The notes under the pieces were generated by a model, which was not told where the DNA came from, made no database searches, and was given only the letters and a program-made list of their open reading frames with translations. From positions 224,001 through 288,000 of the forward strand of contig CBDBCF010000002.1 of NCBI GenBank assembly GCA_965202985.1: DNA of 64,000 bases, read 5' to 3'. Origin of the DNA: Longimicrobiales bacterium. GTDB taxonomy: Bacteria > Gemmatimonadota > Gemmatimonadetes > Longimicrobiales > Gaopeijiaceae. This document shows positions 61,429 to 64,000 of this stretch, in pieces (the stretch's first letter is position 1; each line of letters starts with the position of its first letter). The translations under genes and the position numbers were made by a program.

Positions 61429-61506
61429 CGCCGCCTTGTTTCGTGACTTGCCGGCCCTGGGCACCGCGAGGTGACGGGAACCTGCTGCCGCCGCCTCGAC
61501 GCACCG

Positions 61507-61528
61507 CGACTCGCTAGTTCGCGAGTCG
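61507..61528. terminator. Hairpin at the convergent end of Rpn copy 2
   Basis: CGACTCGC-TAGTTC-GCGAGTCG; no U-tract. Confidence 0.3.
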
Positions 61529-62497
61529 GGCGATCAGCTCCGTGACCGTGTCGCACTCGATGACGGCGTCCGCCGCCGCGTCCAGCTGGTCGCCTCCGTC
61601 CAAGTCGCCGATCACGCCCGACAACTGCACGGCTGCGTCCGCGCCGAACTTTTTGGCCACCTGGCGCTCCAAGACGGTCCTGGATCCCTCCCGGCGGCCC
61701 TCGTCCCGCAGCCTTGCCATCTCTTCTTCGATCTGCGTGTACATGTCCCTCGCCTCCGTCAAGTTGGTGATCTTCGACAGTTCTTCTTCCGAACGTCCCC
61801 ACTTCCGAGCCGCGCCCAACGCCCACAGCGCGAACGCCTCCGCGATCCCTGCGTGCTCGGGACCCGGGTACACCTCCAGCACCTCGTCCAGCACGGCCCG
61901 GACCTTCGCCGTGCCGCCGTCCCGCTCGAGCTTCCTCAACCAAGTCAGGATGCGCCGCTTCCGCAAGCTTCGCCCGGGTGCCGCGCGCATGTCAAGCACT
62001 TGGTAGGGCAGCCGGACCGAGAGGTCGCGGAGCTGGGGCAGCGTGGGCGAGATCAGGTCGGCGATGTCGAGGCGGGCGTCCCAAGGACCGGGGCCGTTGT
62101 GGACGACGCAGACGACGACGGGGGGCAGCCGGTGGTCAGCGCCGGACGGCGTCTCGCGGATTAGGTTCTCGTAGGCGTCGGTCACGTAGCGGAGGACGCG
62201 GGCGGCCATGGATGGGTCGACTCGGGACTGGAATTCGAGGAGCAGGATCATGAATCCGGGGCGGTGTCGGAAGTCGACGCGCCAGATCATGTCGGCCTGT
62301 CGGCGTTCGAGCCGGGAGCTGACGTGCTCCGGCGTGAACTTGCGCAGCGAGTCGAGGTCGAGTTGGTCGGCCCAGTCGGGAGCGATGTAATCTTCGAGGA
62401 GTTCTGCGACGGTGGGGGCCTGGGAGAAGAAGAACTTGTAGACCTCGTCGTGCTTGCGGCGGGGGAAGTCGGGCTTGGCGGACGTGGGATTGGGCAA
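61514..62497 (-). CDS. Rpn/YhgA-like PD-(D/E)XK nuclease (copy 2)
   Basis: AAGGAGG then TTG; HDEVYKFFF, LDLDSL, RQADMIWRV, LLEFQS and LPPVV. Confidence 0.88.
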   Translation of the reverse strand: MPNPTSAKPDFPRRKHDEVYKFFFSQAPTVAELLEDYIAPDWADQLDLDSLRKFTPEHVSSRLERRQADMIWRVDFRHRPGFMILLLEFQSRVDPSMAARVLRYVTDAYENLIRETPSGADHRLPPVVVCVVHNGPGPWDARLDIADLISPTLPQLRDLSVRLPYQVLDMRAAPGRSLRKRRILTWLRKLERDGGTAKVRAVLDEVLEVYPGPEHAGIAEAFALWALGAARKWGRSEEELSKITNLTEARDMYTQIEEEMARLRDEGRREGSRTVLERQVAKKFGADAAVQLSGVIGDLDGGDQLDAAADAVIECDTVTELIARLAN

Positions 62498-62582
62498 CGG
62501 GGTCCTCCTTGGACGCGGGGTTCGCGGGTTGGCGGAGGCCCTTGGGGAGCGCTCCGGGCCCGGGGGAATGGCCGGGGCCGGA

Positions 62583-62629
62583 AGCAAGATGCACCCGGAA
62601 ATTGGGCGTTTGGATAGCTGGATCGGCCC
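62583..62629 (-). promoter_or_regulatory. Conserved element upstream of Rpn copy 2
   Basis: Matches 31742-31787. Confidence 0.6.
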
Positions 62630-62669
62630 AACTTTGCGGCTGTGACGGACCGGAGGGGCGCAGCCCCTT

Positions 62670-63869
62670 CTACCGGAACGAGAGTCCGAACGTGTGCGAG
62701 ACCGACAGGGGCGGGTAGCGACTCTCGCGGCGTCCGTGACGCTGATACGCATAGTCGAGGCGGATGCGGTCGCCGGCGAAGCCTCCGCCGAAGGTGAGTT
62801 CGTAGAAGCTGCCGTTCCGATCGTCGGGCATCCGCAGAACGCCGGCCCGAGCGATGAACACGCGGCGCAGCAGCGGCCACCACGCCACCTCCACGCCGGC
62901 TCCGGCCAAGAGCTCGCCGCGCCCGTTGCGGACCAATCGCGCGGCACCTCCCACGTCCAGAGGCCCGACAGGCGTTCGTTCGGTCCCGGCGCCCAAGGTC
63001 ACTCGCCGGGCCAGCGGCACCGTCGGGCCTTCCAGCTCCATCCGCAGCTCCGGCCCCAGGTTCTGCACCGTCAGCGCCACGGTGGCCGGCCCCACTTCGG
63101 TGCTCGCGCCCGCATCGACCGCCCCCGTGACGCCTCTCCGCGTCCCGACCCGCAGACCGACGGCCTTCACCGCGCCGCCCAGCGTGAAGCCGCCGATCTC
63201 GCGGGAGAACGCCCCGGCGGCCACGTACCCGGACGCGGCCTCTTGTCCGGTCCCGCCGAGGTCGATTGCGTTCCGGGGCCAAGCCCAGGGCTCCTCGCCG
63301 TTAGTGTCGTACTCCAAGAACGCCAGCCCAACGCCGGCGACGCCGCCCATCCACCCCGCGCTCCCGCTCATCGCGAGGAAGCCCACCCCGTCCGCCAGCG
63401 CCGACGGATCGTGGAAGTGCTGCCAGCTCATGCCGAAGCCGCCGCTGGACATGAGCGACGGGTGGTGGAAGATCGCCCCGGCCTCGTCGCCCGCCGTCCA
63501 GAAGGCGCCGCCGAGAGCGACGGCCCTGGCGCCGACCGGCAGTTCCAGCATCAGCGGTCCGGGGTCCGGGGGACCGCCGCAGGGCCTTCCCTCGACACAG
63601 GGCGTCGTAGCGGCAACGCTGTATTGCGCCCAAGCGCCTTGGGGCGCGAACCAAACGGCCAGCGCGATCCCGAACGACATCGGCAGCGCAAGCGAAGTCG
63701 GCAACGAGAGCGACAAGTCGGCCCGCGGCAGCGACCCGGTGGTGGCGCTCCCCCTTGTTCCGCGCGGTGTGTTGCTGGCAAGGTGGGCCATCGTTGACGC
63801 GGGTTGAGGGTGGCCGGAGACGGACCCCGAAGGTAGCTTGGCGAGGAGCGCTGTTGCCAGGAGGCCCAT
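62670..63869 (-). CDS. PorV/PorQ-like outer-membrane beta-barrel (true start probably further downstream)
   Basis: LELPVGARAVALGGAF...IFHHPS, AVDAG, VQNLG and RLDYAY...HTFGLSFR. Confidence 0.75.
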   Translation of the reverse strand: MGLLATALLAKLPSGSVSGHPQPASTMAHLASNTPRGTRGSATTGSLPRADLSLSLPTSLALPMSFGIALAVWFAPQGAWAQYSVAATTPCVEGRPCGGPPDPGPLMLELPVGARAVALGGAFWTAGDEAGAIFHHPSLMSSGGFGMSWQHFHDPSALADGVGFLAMSGSAGWMGGVAGVGLAFLEYDTNGEEPWAWPRNAIDLGGTGQEAASGYVAAGAFSREIGGFTLGGAVKAVGLRVGTRRGVTGAVDAGASTEVGPATVALTVQNLGPELRMELEGPTVPLARRVTLGAGTERTPVGPLDVGGAARLVRNGRGELLAGAGVEVAWWPLLRRVFIARAGVLRMPDDRNGSFYELTFGGGFAGDRIRLDYAYQRHGRRESRYPPLSVSHTFGLSFR

Positions 63870-63937
63870 GGCGGGAAGCCCAGCCGTAGTTGGTTTGGCT
63901 TTCCTCTTCCCGCTTGTTACGCCAACGCAATCGGAGG

Positions 63938-64000
63938 CTACGTGTTTCGGGTCTTCACGGTGTCCATGAGCTTTGCAATGGACCTGTTCATGGAAACGCC
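63938..64000 (-). CDS. Possible C-terminal tail of a gene entering from beyond the window
   Basis: Open frame ...GVSMNRSIAKLMDTVKTRNT-stop; too short to identify. Confidence 0.3.
   Translation of the reverse strand, partial: GVSMNRSIAKLMDTVKTRNT

Noticed and set aside
30552..62497. Rpn genes as IS transposases
   Set aside because: No terminal inverted repeats or target duplications seen around either copy.

Overview
A high-GC bacterial chromosomal window. Gene content and style suggest Gemmatimonadota, possibly host-associated; this is inference only. The housekeeping backbone includes acyl-CoA ligases, acs, etfBA, moeA, tadA, pyrR-pyrB-pyrC, rpsT, scpA-scpB-rluB-upp, a tRNA with CAT anticodon, two NhaC antiporters and two TonB-receptor loci. 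It is interrupted by several accessory inserts. (1) A defence islet: low-GC ClpP-fold protease, MNT-HEPN pair and a DUF4011-helicase-Vsr-DUF3320 (Hhe-type) gene. (2) Two diverged direct copies of a ~1.7-1.8 kb cassette encoding a Cys-rich exported protein plus a putative beta-propeller; the second copy has an 80-bp frameshifting deletion. (3) Two Rpn/YhgA-like nucleases, each with an internal SD+ATG, sharing a conserved upstream motif. (4) A Schlafen/AlbA-ATPase gene beside an AbiE toxin-antitoxin pair bracketed by ~78-bp AT-rich inverted repeats, with no transposase. Other notable observations: a degenerate pyrC that looks like a catalytically dead PyrC', a C7 homopolymer that frameshifts a small secreted protein into a downstream porin, a 14-bp motif shared upstream of two unrelated secreted-protein operons, and a Cys/His leader ending in RGPP ahead of a metal-type TonB receptor. 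All family calls come from motif recognition by eye; no database searches were run.
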